From assembly GCA_965248265.1 (NCBI GenBank), contig CBDFJF010000002.1, positions 1,952,001 to 2,016,000 on the forward strand: DNA of 64,000 bases. Reading direction: 5' to 3'. The position numbers were made by a program, and so were the translations under genes. Positions 47,460 to 57,237 of this stretch are shown in pieces (positions within the stretch are counted from its first letter, which is position 1; each line of letters starts with the position of its first letter). Under the pieces are notes generated by a model, which had not been told where the DNA came from, made no database searches, and saw only the letters and a list, made by a program, of their open reading frames with translations. The DNA is from Candidatus Latescibacterota bacterium (GTDB lineage Bacteria > Latescibacterota > UBA2968 > UBA8231).

Positions 47460-48332
47460 TCAGAATGCCGTGCGCCTTGAGCTGCGGGCGTCGCGCACCA
47501 GCTTGCCGCTGTGGTAGACGCCCTGGATAGCCCGGTCGCGCCAGTGTTCGGAGGCGTCGTAGTACTTCGCTTTAGTGTCCACCGTCGTCATCAGCACACC
47601 GGGGCGCTCGTTCCTCAGTTTGTCGGTGATGACGCCGTCTGGACGCACGAAGAAGCTGGACCATGCGCACGGCGGCGTGGAGCTGTTGTTGGAGCTGATC
47701 CACATGTGGTTGTTGGCCGCGTAAGTCTGCATGGTGGGTGGTACGATGATGCCCCAGATGTTCAGGCGCTTCAGCGTGGCCTTCGACATGCGCGCGTTGT
47801 GGTAGGAGTGAAACATCAGCTCGACACCGCGCTTCTTGTATTCGCGATACAGCTCGTCGTAACGGAAATCGTGGCAGATCTGGGCGCCGCAGCGCACCCC
47901 CTTGATCTCGAAGATGGAGAAGTGCGAGCCGGAACTGTAGTGCGCCAGGTCGTTGGTCTTTCCCGTGCGGTCCCCGACACAAAACATCTTGTCGTAACGC
48001 TCTACGAGCCGGCCCCGGTCGTCGATGATGTAGAGGCTGTTGTGGGGCTTGCGCCGACCCGTCAGACGGTGCGCTGAGCCCACGACCACCCACAGCTTCA
48101 GTTTCCTGGCCTCCTCGGCCACCTGCTGGTGGGCCTCGTCGAGCCGATCCCAGTCGAAGCCTTCCATCGATTTCATTTCCACCCCTGCGTAGCCGGCGAG
48201 ACAGACCTCGGAGAAGTGTGCCACGTGGGCACCGCGGCTCTTGGCCGCTTTCATCTGCCGCAGCACGCAACCGAGATTGTGCTCGATATCCGCTTCCACC
48301 GAAAACTGGCAGGTGGCCACCTTGAGTTTCAT
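47460..48332 (-). CDS. Carbon-nitrogen hydrolase (nitrilase superfamily)
   Basis: E-K-C triad in FSE, YDK and ICHD. Confidence 0.92.
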   Translation of the reverse strand: MKLKVATCQFSVEADIEHNLGCVLRQMKAAKSRGAHVAHFSEVCLAGYAGVEMKSMEGFDWDRLDEAHQQVAEEARKLKLWVVVGSAHRLTGRRKPHNSLYIIDDRGRLVERYDKMFCVGDRTGKTNDLAHYSSGSHFSIFEIKGVRCGAQICHDFRYDELYREYKKRGVELMFHSYHNARMSKATLKRLNIWGIIVPPTMQTYAANNHMWISSNNSSTPPCAWSSFFVRPDGVITDKLRNERPGVLMTTVDTKAKYYDASEHWRDRAIQGVYHSGKLVRDARSSRRTAF

Positions 48333-48431
48333 GCTTCTCGCTCCCTTGTTTCTCCATTCGGCGATCAGTGATCCGATGATCGACGGCCCGGCCTCACCGC
48401 CTTCACCTGGTTGTTGTAGAGTCGCAGACCG

Positions 48432-49409
48432 TCAGTTCATTTTCGTCATGTCTCTTCCAGACATGTCGTCCTGGTCTGACATGGCGAGGCGGAAGCCCGT
48501 GTTCTCACGCGTGGTCGAATCCGGCGAGCTGTTGCGGTGAGTCGTGCGCACGTTGGGCCGGGTCTCGGCGAAGAACCCGCCGCGGAGCACGCGTTCCTGG
48601 CCGCCCTCCGGACCTTTCGGGTTAACGGCCGGGCTGAACGAATAGTAGTTCTCTTCGAAGTAGTCGGAGCACCACTCGTAGACGTTGCCGGACATGTCCC
48701 AGACGCCGAAAGGGGAACGGCCGAGAGGGAACTCGTCAACGGGAAGGGTAGTGCCAACCATGTTGTTGGAGTTGCAGCGTTCTCCGTCTACGAAACGATT
48801 GCCCCAGGGATACAGACGTTCATCGTCGCCGCGCGCCGCCATCTCCCACTCGGCCTCGGTGGGCAGGCGGCCCCCCATCCACTCCGCGTATTCCCTGGCG
48901 TCATGGAAGGAGACGTTGACGACGGGATGGCGCGCCAGTCCGGTAGGATAGGTCCCGCGCTGCCAGTGGATCGGGGTGGTGTGACCGGTGCAGTTGACGA
49001 ACTCACGGTAGTCCTGATTCGTCACCGGATAGGTGTCGATGTAGTAGGAGGAGATCTGGACCAAGTGCGAGGGGCGCTCGTTGTCGGGTGAGTCTTCTTC
49101 CCGCCCGCCCATTGAGAACGAACCCGTCGGGATGTGGACCATCCTTCTCTTGTTGGCCTCGGGAAGCAGCTCCACCCGCCTCTGTTCGACCTCCTCCATC
49201 TGCAGATCGATGTCTTCCTGGCCGCTCCTGATCTGGACGAGGTCTTCCTGAACCTTGCCCATACGCTGCACCATATCCCGATGCCGAGTCTCCTGGTGGT
49301 CGATCATCTCCATCAGCTTCTTGGAGGGTTTGTTGAAGTCGAGGAGGAGCATGACGAAATACAGACTGATTGCGCAGGTCAATATCCACCACATCCAACT
49401 GTCAGTCAT
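48432..49409 (-). CDS. Membrane-anchored FGE-sulfatase (SUMF1) domain protein
   Basis: TM helix, coiled coil, FSMG, PVVNVS, RLPTEAEWE, DMSGNVYEW, RGG, GFR. Confidence 0.92.
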   Translation of the reverse strand: MTDSWMWWILTCAISLYFVMLLLDFNKPSKKLMEMIDHQETRHRDMVQRMGKVQEDLVQIRSGQEDIDLQMEEVEQRRVELLPEANKRRMVHIPTGSFSMGGREEDSPDNERPSHLVQISSYYIDTYPVTNQDYREFVNCTGHTTPIHWQRGTYPTGLARHPVVNVSFHDAREYAEWMGGRLPTEAEWEMAARGDDERLYPWGNRFVDGERCNSNNMVGTTLPVDEFPLGRSPFGVWDMSGNVYEWCSDYFEENYYSFSPAVNPKGPEGGQERVLRGGFFAETRPNVRTTHRNSSPDSTTRENTGFRLAMSDQDDMSGRDMTKMN

Positions 49410-49481
49410 AACCGATCTCTCCTGTATGGGGCTCTTGCGCCACGCGGCGAGCCCGGTCCTCCGCTCTCTCTAATGTTTCTA

Positions 49482-49718
49482 TTAACTAATCCTCACCGCC
49501 TCCACCAGGTTTTCATCGAAATAGTCGGTTCCGATCGTCACCATAAACTCACTCACATGCTCGGATCGAGCCAGGCCGACCCCTTCGAGGTAGGACCGAA
49601 CCGAGGCTAGCTCCGTGAGGCGGTTCAATCCTTGCCAACCGCCCGGCGGGCAAGTATCGTAGCAACCAGGTCCAGCGCCAAAAGGAGGCACTATCATGCG
49701 ATCTTTTTTTGTGCTCAT
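49482..49718 (-). CDS. Small hypothetical or chimeric ORF ending in a copy of the NHL gene 3' end
   Basis: Ends ...ENLVEAVRIS* like NNQVKAVRIS* of 53236-55374; AAGGA RBS. Confidence 0.35.
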   Translation of the reverse strand: MSTKKDRMIVPPFGAGPGCYDTCPPGGWQGLNRLTELASVRSYLEGVGLARSEHVSEFMVTIGTDYFDENLVEAVRIS

Positions 49719-49777
49719 CGCCGTCCTTTCCCCCTTGCTCGCCCCACCCCGCCCCGGAAGTGTTGCAGTCGACGCCC

Positions 49778-50758
49778 CTATATAGGAGTTGCCGACCAAA
49801 AGACAAATCGAAATACTGTCATATTTGAAGTATTCCCTATGTTTCCAACAGCTCGGGCTACTTCGATCCACTCGGGGTGGCTATCAGATTTAACCTCAAT
49901 CCTATAGTCGTTTGCTACCTGAAGCTCAAACGCTATCCTAATGACCAAAGATTGATCAGGTCCACTGTAGGATGGATCTGTTAAATCATACGAGAGTACG
50001 ATGTGTTCAGTTCCGTCTGCGGCAATAAACCCCTGCCTAATGAAGCCGCCCTCGACCAGCGGTTGGAATCCGATCTCACTTCCCGTTAATTCTGAGCTAT
50101 CCGTCACTACAATAATGTTCGAACCACTCGGGAAGAACGCAGCCCCCCCTTCGCCATCCGCCGGAGAGTCGTCCGTCAGCCGAACTGTGATGGCACTGGG
50201 AGTTTGTTCATCGCCGGACAAAGGAAGGCCACTCATGACATATGTGCCATCTTGGACCTCTACCGGCTCAAAACTTTCTATATCCAGACTTAGAGTATAG
50301 TCTGTCTCTTCTTCGCCAAATGAGAATACGACGACAATGTATTTTCCTGCATCTAAGAGTACACCTTCTTCAGAATAACCGGGCGGACGATAAGCGTACC
50401 CGACGCGGGTATATGTGTCATCCTCAACTTTCAATATGGAAAGCTGGGCTTCGATTGAGGTTTCTAAAACAATTGTCGCTATGTTAACAGGTTGATCTAA
50501 ATTCAATTCAAAAACGTGACCGGTCCCAGGCAACAACATACTCTGTATAATTTCATCCTCGGACAAAGAGCCCATTATTACAGCATTTACTCCTATTGCA
50601 GCTAACGTGATCTCGCTTTTCTCTACATCGCTTGAAAGAGAGTCAATCCTGGCCCCAAGCTCAGCTATATCTTCTTCAAGTTTGTCTATGTCCGTCGGTT
50701 TAGCAGACTCACATCCCATAAAACCAATAGCCAGCATGAAAACCAACATCCATCTCAT
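49778..50758 (-). CDS. Putative lipoprotein of unknown function
   Basis: MRWMLVFMLAIGFMGC lipobox-like, coiled coil, PPC-like LDAGKYIVVV segment; visibly AT-richer than the flanks. Confidence 0.75.
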   Translation of the reverse strand: MRWMLVFMLAIGFMGCESAKPTDIDKLEEDIAELGARIDSLSSDVEKSEITLAAIGVNAVIMGSLSEDEIIQSMLLPGTGHVFELNLDQPVNIATIVLETSIEAQLSILKVEDDTYTRVGYAYRPPGYSEEGVLLDAGKYIVVVFSFGEEETDYTLSLDIESFEPVEVQDGTYVMSGLPLSGDEQTPSAITVRLTDDSPADGEGGAAFFPSGSNIIVVTDSSELTGSEIGFQPLVEGGFIRQGFIAADGTEHIVLSYDLTDPSYSGPDQSLVIRIAFELQVANDYRIEVKSDSHPEWIEVARAVGNIGNTSNMTVFRFVFWSATPI

Positions 50759-50877
50759 TCCTCGAGTCTCCTCTCCACTCGGCAGCAGCGACAAAGCACA
50801 GCCGCGCTGAACACGCTTGCCCCTGGGTTTCTACATTGTCAGGTTAGGCGACGCCCCGAACGACGAACGTCGAGACG

Positions 50878-51297
50878 TCAGCTCTCGGGTAGACCCCAAA
50901 CTTCTGGCGTGGCTATCTCTACGCTATTCCCTCCCGGATCACGAAAGTAGATAGAATGGCCTCCACCCGGCCACGGGAAGTCCGCCTCAACCGCGACACC
51001 ATGCGAATTGAGGTGGGCTCTCCATTGCGCCAGTTCCTCCCTCTCGGCTCGAAAAGCCACGTGGCCTTCCCCGCTGGCCCCGTGGAGCGGTACCGGCACG
51101 CCGGAAACAGCAGCTTGGTGTTCGCGTGTCGATTCCGGGTTGAATACCAGAAAAACAGCTTCTCCGCAGCGAAAGAACGCGTGTCGATCCTCAACCCGTG
51201 CAAAGCATTCCAGCCCCAAGATTGTCGCGTAGAATTGTTCCGCCGCATCGAGGTCTGAGCAGTAGATGGCTGTCTCAAGTACACCGCGTGCTCTCAT
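50878..51297 (-). CDS. VOC/glyoxalase family protein
   Basis: VLETAIY, AEQFY, GHVAF, SIYFRDPGGNSVE motifs. Confidence 0.92.
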   Translation of the reverse strand: MRARGVLETAIYCSDLDAAEQFYATILGLECFARVEDRHAFFRCGEAVFLVFNPESTREHQAAVSGVPVPLHGASGEGHVAFRAEREELAQWRAHLNSHGVAVEADFPWPGGGHSIYFRDPGGNSVEIATPEVWGLPES

Positions 51298-51367
51298 GCT
51301 GTTTTCCTCATCTTCGGCGGTTAGTTCGCTTATGATGTCCTCTTGGGTTGCTCGCCGCTGAAGTCTT

Positions 51368-51454
51368 TCACTTCTCGGCCAAAAGCTCCTCCACGTGCTT
51401 TTGAAAGTCGAGCATATCGGGAGGAGTTCCGACATAGGCATAGCGCACGATTCC
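51368..51454 (-). pseudogene. C-terminal remnant of a TlpA/redoxin-like gene
   Basis: Manual translation GIVRYAYVGTPPDMLDFQKHVEELLAEK*, with no start and an upstream stop. Confidence 0.45.
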
Positions 51455-51560
51455 TTAGATCGCCATCAATCTCGATCCCCGTTAATCGCACAGATCGCAG
51501 GACTACGGAGCTACGGCTACAGCATCTGTCACGCGGGCTCTGAACAGTGGATGGATCGAG

Positions 51561-53057
51561 TCAGAATGCCTGATCCGTCTCCCTCATCGGTAGGCTAACT
51601 GTCACCTCCGTACCTGTCCCAACTTCGCTTTGGATCCGGATTTCCCCATGATGATCCTGGATAATCTTGAAGTCAGTGGACAGTCCAAACCTCATTTTCA
51701 TCCGGCTGTCACCGGTTTGAAAGCCAAAGTCGAAAATGCGCTCCAACTGTTCGGGTGGAATCCCTATACCTGTATCAGAGAAACAGATATAGACGGTGTC
51801 ATCTGCCATTGAGGTGCTGATCTCTATTTCTCCTGTGCCTTCGATGGCTTGAAGCGCATTCTTGAGAAGATGCATGAAGACCTGGTTCAACTGTCCGGGA
51901 GCGCAATACACCGGCTCGATATCACCGTAATTCTTGGTCACGGCGATCTTCTCACTGATCTGGCTTTCCAGCAGCGTCAGGGCGCTGTCGATCCCTTCGT
52001 GGATGTCCACCGTCTGAAACTCGGCCTCGTCCAGCCGGGCGAAATTCCGCAGGCTGCCGACCACAGCGCTCACACGTTCGGTACCGTTGGCTATCACCCG
52101 ATTGGCATTGGCCACTACTTCGAGCATTGACTGAATGGTCCGATTGTCCTTGACAGCGGGGAACGTGGTCTCAAGCGTCCGTGTCAGTTTGTCTACGGCG
52201 CGGATCAACGTGTCGTGCATACTGCCGATGGCCCCCAGCGGCGTGTTCATCTCGTGCGCCACGCCGGATACCAGATCGCCCAAAGAGGCCATTTTCTCCT
52301 GCATGACCAGTTGGTTCTGCGTCTCTCTGAGCAGGCGCAAGTTCTGTTCCAGTACCCTGTTCTGTTCCTCTACCCGCTGAAAATCGAGATAACGCACATA
52401 GCCCAACGACAGGGCATCAGTCAGTTCCTGGACGATGGTCAGGTGCTCTGCCACTCGTGTAGGTGTTATGAGGCCGACGATGCCATGCTCAAACGGCACG
52501 TAGTTAAAAGCCCATTCGGCTCTATCGGGTATTGGAATAGGCCGGTCCAGGCCCCAGGACTGGGTCATCGCCTCAAACCTTGACGCATAGTCCTCGCCGC
52601 TGACCGCAATCGTTATCACTTCCCCTCGGCGCCACGAATCGATCATTGTCTGATCCCTTGAACTGGACAATTTCACTTCCCCTACCACGATCTCGTCATT
52701 GAACTCAAACAAGTGGGACGAAGTCCATGAGATGCCGAACTTTCTCGGGTTGGGGAAGGCGTAGTAGCGTCTTCTAACATGAACACCATCCTCATCCTCC
52801 TCCAAGAATCGAATGGTGGGTCCCAAGTTCTCGATTCCCAGATTCACCATCTCCTCCCACATCATTCCCATTACCTTGAGGAGATCGTCGCTGGACCGCA
52901 TGGCCATAGCCTCTGCCCGCATCCGCTCTACAGCCAACTGACGCTCGACGCCGGATACATCGCCCCTCGTCACCTTCTTGCGGAGGTCGGCATTCTCACC
53001 ACGCAACTCATCCAGTTCCTCGATGAGCTGAGCCTTCGTCTTTCTCTTGTCATTCAT
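51561..53057 (-). CDS. Cytoplasmic sensor histidine kinase (GAF-like, HisKA, HATPase)
   Basis: EKMASLG, AHEMNTP H-box, QVFMHLLKNA, DTGIGI; no TM segment. Confidence 0.92.
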   Translation of the reverse strand: MNDKRKTKAQLIEELDELRGENADLRKKVTRGDVSGVERQLAVERMRAEAMAMRSSDDLLKVMGMMWEEMVNLGIENLGPTIRFLEEDEDGVHVRRRYYAFPNPRKFGISWTSSHLFEFNDEIVVGEVKLSSSRDQTMIDSWRRGEVITIAVSGEDYASRFEAMTQSWGLDRPIPIPDRAEWAFNYVPFEHGIVGLITPTRVAEHLTIVQELTDALSLGYVRYLDFQRVEEQNRVLEQNLRLLRETQNQLVMQEKMASLGDLVSGVAHEMNTPLGAIGSMHDTLIRAVDKLTRTLETTFPAVKDNRTIQSMLEVVANANRVIANGTERVSAVVGSLRNFARLDEAEFQTVDIHEGIDSALTLLESQISEKIAVTKNYGDIEPVYCAPGQLNQVFMHLLKNALQAIEGTGEIEISTSMADDTVYICFSDTGIGIPPEQLERIFDFGFQTGDSRMKMRFGLSTDFKIIQDHHGEIRIQSEVGTGTEVTVSLPMRETDQAF

Positions 53058-53235
53058 GGCAGTAGAATAACAACCCCGTTGTAGGTATCATGGGAGCAGA
53101 AGAAGACCGGCAGCAGGGCTATCGTAGCCCAGACGGACAGAGAGGGAGTTCGCATAGATCGCATTGATATCGACTCAGAGTTGGCCGATAGGGTACGGAG
53201 ATTCGGAGGGTGGGCCAAGCTGGGGGCTACTTCAT

Positions 53236-55374
53236 TTAACTAATCCTCACTGCCTTCACCTGGTTGTTGTAGAAGTCGCTGACTAACAGGATATGAGAGT
53301 CGAAGAAGCAGATCCCGTGGGGCTCATTGAACGGGGCTGATGTGGCAGGGGTGTCATCGGCTGCGTTGCCGTGCTCGCCGTTGCCGACGACGGTCTCCAG
53401 GCAACCATCCGCATTGACCCGCCGCACCCGGTTGTTGCCCATGTCGGAGAAATAGAGGTCGCCGCTCGACGGTGCCAGGGCGATGCTGCGCGGTGAGCTG
53501 ATCTGCGCCTCCACAGCCGGCGTACCATCGGGGGAGTAGCCGGGCTGTCCGGTGCCGACTACGGTCATTATGAGGCCGCTGGTCAGGTCGACCTTGCGAA
53601 TTACATGCTCGGTCATGTCGCTGAAGTAGAGGACCCCGCCGCCAGCTGCCAGGGCCAATTCTGATGGAGAACCGATGCGGGCTTCGGTGGCCGGTCCACG
53701 GTCACCGGTGTAACCGGGCAGACCAATGCCGGCCACGGTGGTGATGATGCCGGTGGCAGCCTCTACCTTGCGGATGCGTCCGACCGCCGTATCACTGATA
53801 TAGAGGTCCCCGTTGTCTGCGTAAACCAGGGCCTCCAAGAAGCCGAAGCAGGCGCTCACCGCTGGTCCACCATCCCCCTTGTCCCACTGCTGACCGGTGC
53901 CGGCAATGGTGGTAATGACACCGTCATCGCCCACGCGCCGCACGTGCGAATGCCGGCAGTCGGCGATGGTCACCCGTCCCAGCGAATCGACGGCGACGTG
54001 GCTCGGGTTGCCGAGGTAGGCGTCGTTGGCAGGACCGCCGTCGCCGCCATAGGCGCGTGCGCCGTTGCCGGCGACTCCGCGGATGATGCCGGTTATCGGG
54101 TCGATGGCACGAATGCGCTGATTCCAGCGGTCGGCCAGGTAAATATGCCCGTCGGGGCCGATGTCCATGCCCTCGACCCCGTTGAGGAACGCATTGGTAG
54201 CAACCTCGCCATCGTGGACACTGGTTCCGCCCAGAACAGTTGTGACGATTCCGGTGACGCCATCGTAACGGCGCGTGCGGCCGGAGCAGTCACAGTAGTG
54301 GACGGTGCCATCGGGATCGGCCCATACGCCACCTTCTATTGAAGCGACACGGGTTTGCGGTCCCGGCAGGCCCTCCGCGCCGAAACCAGGTTCACCGGTG
54401 CCCACCAGCGTCGTGACGATGCCGGTGGCTCCATCGACCTTGCGGACACGGAAGCCGTATTTCTCACCCACGTAGAGGTTGTCGTGTACGTCGAAGCAGA
54501 TGGCATCCGGCATCAGGATGCTGGCTTGCGTTGCCGGTCCGCCATCACCGTTGGAGGCGCGTTGGCCGTTGCCGAGTACCGTCGTGATGATGCCCGTCTG
54601 CATGTCGATCTTGCGAATGCGGTCGTTGGAGTTGTCGCAGACGTAGAGGTTGTCCTTCGAGTCGAAGGCCAGGTGTTCTGGATGCCAGAACGCGGCATCG
54701 ATGGCTGGGCCGCCGTCGCCGTGGTACCCCTGAAACGAACACCACTGGCCGCCGGCAGGCCGGCTGTTGCCACTCTCACTCGGATAATGGCGGGCGTCTT
54801 GACCGGCAAAGCGCTCGATGATGCCGGTCTTGGCATCGATACGGCGCACGTTGTTGGACCATTCGCCGGCTAAGAAGATGTCGCCGTTACGGGCTACGGC
54901 GATGCCGCAGGTGGTGTCGGTCTCTGCCTCCACCGCCGGTCCGCCATCACCTCCACGGCCAACCTTTCCACTGCCGGCCACGTGGGTGATGATGCCGGTG
55001 CGGCCATCGATGCGGCGGAAAATCGAGCAGTTCTGGTCGTTGACGTAGACGTTGCCCTCGTAGTCGAGGCACACATCGTGCGGATAACTCATCCGGGCTT
55101 CGTTCGCCGGTCCGCCGTCGCCGGTCCATCCGGGGATACCATCTCCGGCAAAGGTGTGGAGGATGCCGTCGCCGTCGATGCGCCAGACACGCTGCCCCTG
55201 GTAATCGGCAACGATGAGGTCGCCCCCATGCGGTTGGTTCGGCGGCAGGCGAACGATGCCGAAGGGCCAACCGGCGTCCGCCTCTTTGGCGGGGATGCCG
55301 TCCTGATAACCGGCGCCTGCGATCGTCATCATGTGGCCGGGGGCCAGCTTCTGAAAGCGCTCGTGCAGGTTCAT
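53236..55374 (-). CDS. NHL-repeat (teneurin-like) beta-propeller protein
   Basis: About 12 repeats of GIITTVAG..G..GDGGPA..A...P; no signal peptide. Confidence 0.92.
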   Translation of the reverse strand: MNLHERFQKLAPGHMMTIAGAGYQDGIPAKEADAGWPFGIVRLPPNQPHGGDLIVADYQGQRVWRIDGDGILHTFAGDGIPGWTGDGGPANEARMSYPHDVCLDYEGNVYVNDQNCSIFRRIDGRTGIITHVAGSGKVGRGGDGGPAVEAETDTTCGIAVARNGDIFLAGEWSNNVRRIDAKTGIIERFAGQDARHYPSESGNSRPAGGQWCSFQGYHGDGGPAIDAAFWHPEHLAFDSKDNLYVCDNSNDRIRKIDMQTGIITTVLGNGQRASNGDGGPATQASILMPDAICFDVHDNLYVGEKYGFRVRKVDGATGIVTTLVGTGEPGFGAEGLPGPQTRVASIEGGVWADPDGTVHYCDCSGRTRRYDGVTGIVTTVLGGTSVHDGEVATNAFLNGVEGMDIGPDGHIYLADRWNQRIRAIDPITGIIRGVAGNGARAYGGDGGPANDAYLGNPSHVAVDSLGRVTIADCRHSHVRRVGDDGVITTIAGTGQQWDKGDGGPAVSACFGFLEALVYADNGDLYISDTAVGRIRKVEAATGIITTVAGIGLPGYTGDRGPATEARIGSPSELALAAGGGVLYFSDMTEHVIRKVDLTSGLIMTVVGTGQPGYSPDGTPAVEAQISSPRSIALAPSSGDLYFSDMGNNRVRRVNADGCLETVVGNGEHGNAADDTPATSAPFNEPHGICFFDSHILLVSDFYNNQVKAVRIS

Positions 55375-56609
55375 GATATCGTGTTTCCTCGCTCCTGTTC
55401 GACCAGGGGGCGGCTGCCGTCGGCGGTGACGACGAAGGTCTGCTCGATCTCGACCGCACCGATCCCCGGCGCCATGACCGTGACCTCCAGATTGATGACC
55501 ATGTTTTCTTCCAGTGGCAGGTTGGACGGTTCGTCGACGCAGTCATCGCTGATGCTGAGTCCATTGTCGGGCACCAGTATCGGATAGTCGCGGATCTCGA
55601 GGCCGAGACCATGTCCGTGCGGAAAGGTGGCGGTGACACCGCGCGCGGCCATCGTTGACTGCATCGCCTCCTGGACGACCGACGACCGAACGCCGGGGCG
55701 GACGCAATCGACGGCAGCGGCCATGCAGGCCTGCAGATCACCGTAGCAGTCGCGCAACGGCTGTGGGGCCTCCGGCATTTCGATGGTCACGGCGGTGTCG
55801 GAGAAATAGCCTTTGTAGATACAGCCGAAATCGGCGCAGAGGATGTCGTCCTCGGCGAGGGCGTAGTCCGGCTCCTGCGCCAATCCCAGGCCGCGCAGAC
55901 TGTAGATGAAGTGTTCGAAGTCGGCACCCGAAGCGGCGACCTGAGACCGGTAATCCTGGATGGCTGCAGATAGACTCACACCTTCGAGGGTGCTCCTGAT
56001 GCTGGCGAGGCCGGCGGCCTCCGAGATGGCAGCGGCTCCGGCGAGACGTTCAATCTCTTCGTCGCTTTTCACCATGCGAATCAACCGAAACAGATTGGTA
56101 CAGTCCTTGAGTTGAGCGCCCGGAAGGGCGGCTCCGATCAGGCTGTCGTAGACATCTGGCAGGGGTTCGATTTCGAGGCCCAGGCAGGCGCCATCGAGGC
56201 CGCGGTCACGCAACAGCGATAACAGCGCGTCGGTCGGAGTCTCAGCCACGGTCGGCCGGGTCAGCAGCTCGTCGAGTGTCTGAAGTCGTTCCTCGAGCGG
56301 GTCGGCGGGCCATTCCAGGTGTAACCCGGGGTCGCCGTAGAAACGCAGATCGCTGATTCCAAGATCGACCGCGTTGGCGGCGAAGATGGGGTTGACGATC
56401 AGTGCGGGTTCGCCATCGCGCGGGTACAAGGCGTAGCCCTGGAATATCCGGTTGGGGCTGCCCGGACTCAGCATGTACTGCTTCATCAACGGATCGAGCC
56501 AGCAATAGTACTCGGTCAAGTAACGGATGTTGACCGGGGATGTGGCGATGATGGCATCCAGTCCGCACCGATCCAGGTAGGCTAGTGCGCGGGATTCATT
56601 TAGTAGCAT
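55371..56609 (-). CDS. M24 family metallopeptidase (Xaa-Pro dipeptidase-like)
   Basis: Creatinase-N lead, RMVKSDEEI, ligands DFG, YFSD, HGHGLG, NLE, EIE. Confidence 0.92.
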   Translation of the reverse strand: MLLNESRALAYLDRCGLDAIIATSPVNIRYLTEYYCWLDPLMKQYMLSPGSPNRIFQGYALYPRDGEPALIVNPIFAANAVDLGISDLRFYGDPGLHLEWPADPLEERLQTLDELLTRPTVAETPTDALLSLLRDRGLDGACLGLEIEPLPDVYDSLIGAALPGAQLKDCTNLFRLIRMVKSDEEIERLAGAAAISEAAGLASIRSTLEGVSLSAAIQDYRSQVAASGADFEHFIYSLRGLGLAQEPDYALAEDDILCADFGCIYKGYFSDTAVTIEMPEAPQPLRDCYGDLQACMAAAVDCVRPGVRSSVVQEAMQSTMAARGVTATFPHGHGLGLEIRDYPILVPDNGLSISDDCVDEPSNLPLEENMVINLEVTVMAPGIGAVEIEQTFVVTADGSRPLVEQERGNTIS

Positions 56610-56700
56610 GGCGTCAGTGTAGGATGATCCGCCGGGGGGTTCAAGACCATCTGCGTTGAGCGGGGTTGTGGCTATGACTAAGTTTCACCTATTCAATGAT

Positions 56701-56747
56701 CGACCTGAGTACACCGACCTGAGTACACCAACCTGAGTACGACAACC
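56701..56747 (+). repeat. 14-bp tandem repeat, about 3.3 copies
   Basis: cgacctgagtacac, cgacctgagtacac, caacctgagtacga, caacc; no spacers. Confidence 0.9.
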
Positions 56748-56760
56748 ATCGAGATTACAT

Positions 56761-57237
56761 ATGAAACTTCTGGCCCTTCGAATGATCCAAGCCGTTGCCG
56801 TCATTGCCCTATGCTGCCATCAGACCTCGGCAGCCACCCTGGAAGCAGTGAGTGCCGAAGTGGACAGCCTGTCCGCCGTACGAGATTCCCTACAGGCCGA
56901 CATTGAATTGGTTGAAGCTCAAGTGGACAGCCTGAAGGCTCTGCAGAAGGAGTTGGAAGCCGAACGGGAATCGGAGAAAGTGCCCGAGGTGTTCGTCGTC
57001 AATGAAGTGGTCGGTAACGCCATCGACGCCACCGAGCGTGACCGCTACGGCCTGTTTCCGAGCATTACCGAGTTTGTCTCAGCGACGTACTACAAGCGGC
57101 CCGATGGATCGTTCTATGTCGAGCTCGCGACCCGGGGTTCTGACGGCAAGAACAGCAAAACCCGCAACGATGTCGTCTCCGCCGGTATATCATACGTGCG
57201 CTCCAAGATCGAAAGCACTCAATCGAAGTCAGACTGA
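56761..57237 (+). CDS. Secreted hypothetical protein with a coiled coil
   Basis: Signal peptide, heptad-rich VDSL repeats, VGNAIDATERDRYGLFP domain. Confidence 0.75.
   Translation: MKLLALRMIQAVAVIALCCHQTSAATLEAVSAEVDSLSAVRDSLQADIELVEAQVDSLKALQKELEAERESEKVPEVFVVNEVVGNAIDATERDRYGLFPSITEFVSATYYKRPDGSFYVELATRGSDGKNSKTRNDVVSAGISYVRSKIESTQSKSD

Noticed and set aside
48432-48620. Diversity-generating retroelement target (FGE/C-type lectin fold)
   Set aside because: No reverse transcriptase and no template repeat differing at adenines in the window.
50805-50850. attC downstream of the VOC gene (GCCTAAC...GTTCAGC on the minus strand)
   Set aside because: No complementary L boxes and no matching core upstream of the gene.
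56701-56747. CRISPR array
   Set aside because: Units are 14 bp and contiguous, with no spacers and no cas genes in the window.
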